Positions 14,847 through 17,213 of a stretch of 17,213 nucleotides of DNA are shown piece by piece. Position 1 is the stretch's first letter. Each line of letters starts with the position of its first letter. The stretch is from Candidatus Eiseniibacteriota bacterium. Its GTDB lineage: Bacteria > Eisenbacteria > RBG-16-71-46. The notes beneath the pieces are model-generated. The model was given only the letters and a program-made list of their open reading frames with translations. It did not search any database and had not been told where the DNA came from. The DNA lies in NCBI GenBank assembly GCA_031364845.1, contig JANLWX010000136.1, positions 1 to 17,213 on the forward strand, read 5' to 3'. A program made the position numbers and the translations under genes.

Positions 14847-14875
14847 TTGACCCCGCCTGCGGGAGTACCTAGAGT
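14847..14875 (+). promoter_or_regulatory. sigma70-type promoter for the C25 peptidase gene
   Basis: TTGACC (14847-14852), 17-nt spacer, TAGAGT (14870-14875), in an AT-richer intergenic region. Confidence 0.6.
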
Positions 14876-15002
14876 TATCACGCTCCGACCCCTTCCGGGC
14901 ACCCGTGTTACTGCGATTCTTATCTGCGTGCAATCTCTCTAATCACTCGCATTTGGATGGATTGGCCCGATTGTGCCCCGGCCGAAGACTGAGGTCCCCC
15001 CT

Positions 15003-17213
15003 ATGAATCGACGGTCCACCCCCGTCGTCAGTGCTGTCATGCTCGCCTTAGCGTGCTCGATCGCCACCGTTGCCACCGCCGCAACGATCCAACGTGAATT
15101 CCGCTACCCGGCCGGCCAGATCCAGGTCAAGGCCGGAGGTGTCATCGAGATCGAGCGTTCGGGAGCGACGCGCGAGTTCCGCCCCGGCCATCCCGACCTC
15201 CCGGTGATCAGCGAGCGGATCGACCTTCCGGCCGGCATGCGGGTCGCATCAGTGCGGGTGCTCGAAGTCGTGACGGCGCCACTGGCCGAGCGCGTCGATG
15301 TTCCGAGCGCCATGGTCGTCAAGCCGGGCCTCGGCGAAATCGAACGCACCGAGCGCAATCCGGAGTTCTTCGGACGTGCCGGGATGCAGCCTTCGGTTCC
15401 AGTCGAGTTGAGCTATCAGGGATTCCAGCGCGGCCAGAACCTCGCGTGGCTCCAGGTGAGCCCGGTCCGGTGGGATGCGGCCTCGGGCCGCGCCGAGCGG
15501 ATCGATCGCGTCAAAGTCGAACTGGTCCTCGCGCCGGCAACTGAGACGGCGCTCGTGCGGGAACGTGTGGTCCCGGAGTGGGAAGACGAACGGTTGATGC
15601 GGGCCTCGGGCCAGCTCTTCACTACCGGAGCCGCCGCCGGCCGCAAGCCGGGCGCAGTGCCGATGGCGAACCAGCCGGTGTTCGATGCCGCGCAGCTGCC
15701 GTCCGTGCTCGGCAGCCCGGTCGCCTATGTGATCGTCACCAACGACTCGATGGCCTCCGAGTTCCAGCGCCTCGCCGATTGGAAGACCCAGACCGGAGTT
15801 CCGGCCGTCGTCCGTACCATCGCGACGATCCGCCAGCAGTATCCGTACGGATCCGATGACGCCGATCGCGTGCGCCAGTTCATTCGCGACGCTTACACCC
15901 GCTGGGGCACCAAGTGGGTCCTGATCGGCGGCGACGTCGAGATCGTGCCGACGCGTCTCGCCTACACCACGTTCTATGGCAGTGAGCACATCGCCTGCGA
16001 CATGTACTTCTCGTGCCTCGACGGCAACTGGAACGCCGACGGCAACAGCACGTTCGGCGAGGGTTACGCCGATTCGACCATGCCGGGCGACGCCGTGGAC
16101 CTGCTGCCCGATGTGTGGGTCGGTCGCGCGCCGGTCACCACGCGCGCCGATGCCCAGCTGTTCGTGAACAAGACGCTGCAGTACACGAAGACGCCGGTCG
16201 GCGACTACGAAAACAGCGTGCTCTACTTTGCCGAGGTCCTGTTTCCGCAGCACTGGAATCCGGGCGACTTCATCTCGCTCGACGGCGCGCAGCTGGTCGA
16301 GGAGACCCTGCCCTATCTGAGGGCGCATCCGGGCATCCGCTACACGCGCCTCTACGAGAACTACACCGACTCGCGCTGGGAGCCGGGCTCCTATCCCGAG
16401 AACAAGGCCGCGGTGATCGATTCGCTCGATCGCGGCTACAACGTCTCCGTGCACGTCGGCCACGGTTATCGCAACGTGATGGCGGTGGGGAACGAGCAGA
16501 ACCTCGTGAACTCGGATGCGTTGGGGCTCACCAACGGCAACCGGGTGACGAACCTGTATTCGATCAACTGCACGTCCAACGCGATCGACTTCCCGTGTAT
16601 CGGCGAGGCCTTCATGCTCGCGCCAAACGGCGGATCGGTCACGAACGTCGGCTCGACCCGCCTCGATTTCCCTTCGGCCGGACGCGTCTACCAGAAGGAG
16701 TACTTCAAGCTCATCTTTCAGGACAGCGTGAACGCGGTGGGAGAGGCGCAGGCGCGCCAGAAACTTCCGTTCGTCGGCTACTCCAACACCGACAACGTGA
16801 ACCGCTGGATGCAGTTCACGCTGCTGCTGCTCGGAGATCCGGAACTGCGCATCTACACCGCACTTCCGCGCACTCTGGTGGTGACGCACCCGGGCTCGGT
16901 GTTCGTCAGCGATTCGACACTCGCGGTCACGGTCAAAATCGGAGCGACACCGCTGCCGGGAGCGCGCGTCGTCGCGTACAAGGCGGGCGACGAGTACCGG
17001 ATCGGCACCACCGACAACAGCGGCGTCGTGGTGCTTCCGTTCCGCCCCGATAGCGTCGGAGCCCTGACCCTGACGGTGACCGCTTACGATGCGCGGCCCT
17101 ATCAGGCACAGGTCACGATCAGCCCGTCCGCCGCCCCGGTGCTCTCCGAGCGCATCCCGGTGATCGACGACGACAACGTCAGCGGCACTTCCGGCAACGG
17201 CAACGGCCAGCTC
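15003..17213 (+). CDS. Gingipain-like cysteine peptidase, family C25, with propeptide and downstream Ig-like domains (3' truncated by window)
   Basis: Not in the ORF track. ATG 15003 with GAGGT RBS; signal peptide MNRRSTPVVSAVMLALACSIATVATA; propeptide PGHPDLP. C25 motifs YVIVT..FQRLADWK, WVLIGGD, DMYFSCLDG, PDVWVGRAP, catalytic HVGHG (His codon 16461) and SINC (Cys codon 16569), LLGDPEL. Confidence 0.92.
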   Translation, partial: MNRRSTPVVSAVMLALACSIATVATAATIQREFRYPAGQIQVKAGGVIEIERSGATREFRPGHPDLPVISERIDLPAGMRVASVRVLEVVTAPLAERVDVPSAMVVKPGLGEIERTERNPEFFGRAGMQPSVPVELSYQGFQRGQNLAWLQVSPVRWDAASGRAERIDRVKVELVLAPATETALVRERVVPEWEDERLMRASGQLFTTGAAAGRKPGAVPMANQPVFDAAQLPSVLGSPVAYVIVTNDSMASEFQRLADWKTQTGVPAVVRTIATIRQQYPYGSDDADRVRQFIRDAYTRWGTKWVLIGGDVEIVPTRLAYTTFYGSEHIACDMYFSCLDGNWNADGNSTFGEGYADSTMPGDAVDLLPDVWVGRAPVTTRADAQLFVNKTLQYTKTPVGDYENSVLYFAEVLFPQHWNPGDFISLDGAQLVEETLPYLRAHPGIRYTRLYENYTDSRWEPGSYPENKAAVIDSLDRGYNVSVHVGHGYRNVMAVGNEQNLVNSDALGLTNGNRVTNLYSINCTSNAIDFPCIGEAFMLAPNGGSVTNVGSTRLDFPSAGRVYQKEYFKLIFQDSVNAVGEAQARQKLPFVGYSNTDNVNRWMQFTLLLLGDPELRIYTALPRTLVVTHPGSVFVSDSTLAVTVKIGATPLPGARVVAYKAGDEYRIGTTDNSGVVVLPFRPDSVGALTLTVTAYDARPYQAQVTISPSAAPVLSERIPVIDDDNVSGTSGNGNGQL

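Noticed and set aside
15249..16889. 546-aa minus-strand ORF (and 16013-17053 plus-strand ORF)
   Set aside because: Shadow or off-frame ORFs of the C25 peptidase, which has clear catalytic motifs in another frame.

Overview
High-GC bacterial window with a gene set typical of FCB-superphylum organisms; Ca. Eisenbacteria-like is an inference. Left end, minus strand: an operon of an ArsR/SmtB repressor, an FTR1 iron permease fused to a DUF2318 Cys-rich domain, and an ABC (FtsX/MacB-type) permease running off the window edge. Next come a divergent TPR/GWxTD-type protein and a DUF222-like HNH gene. A minus-strand block follows: UvrD helicase-PD-(D/E)xK nuclease fusion, inositol monophosphatase, and a secreted arylsulfotransferase. 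The plus-strand block holds an orphan family-5 ABC substrate-binding lipoprotein, an Asp-box beta-propeller frameshifted in its C-terminal sorting domain, and a gingipain-like C25 peptidase that is absent from the ORF track because it runs off the right edge. The most unusual locus is the HNH gene (4121-5498). A 22-bp palindrome upstream recurs inside the gene's variable linker. That linker also carries an in-frame inverted pair of 22-bp GNA-triloop hairpins (REPIN-like), and the HNH core looks decayed (apparent deletion of the first Zn-ligand segment; central Asn replaced by Arg). No rRNA, tRNA, CRISPR array or classical transposase was seen.
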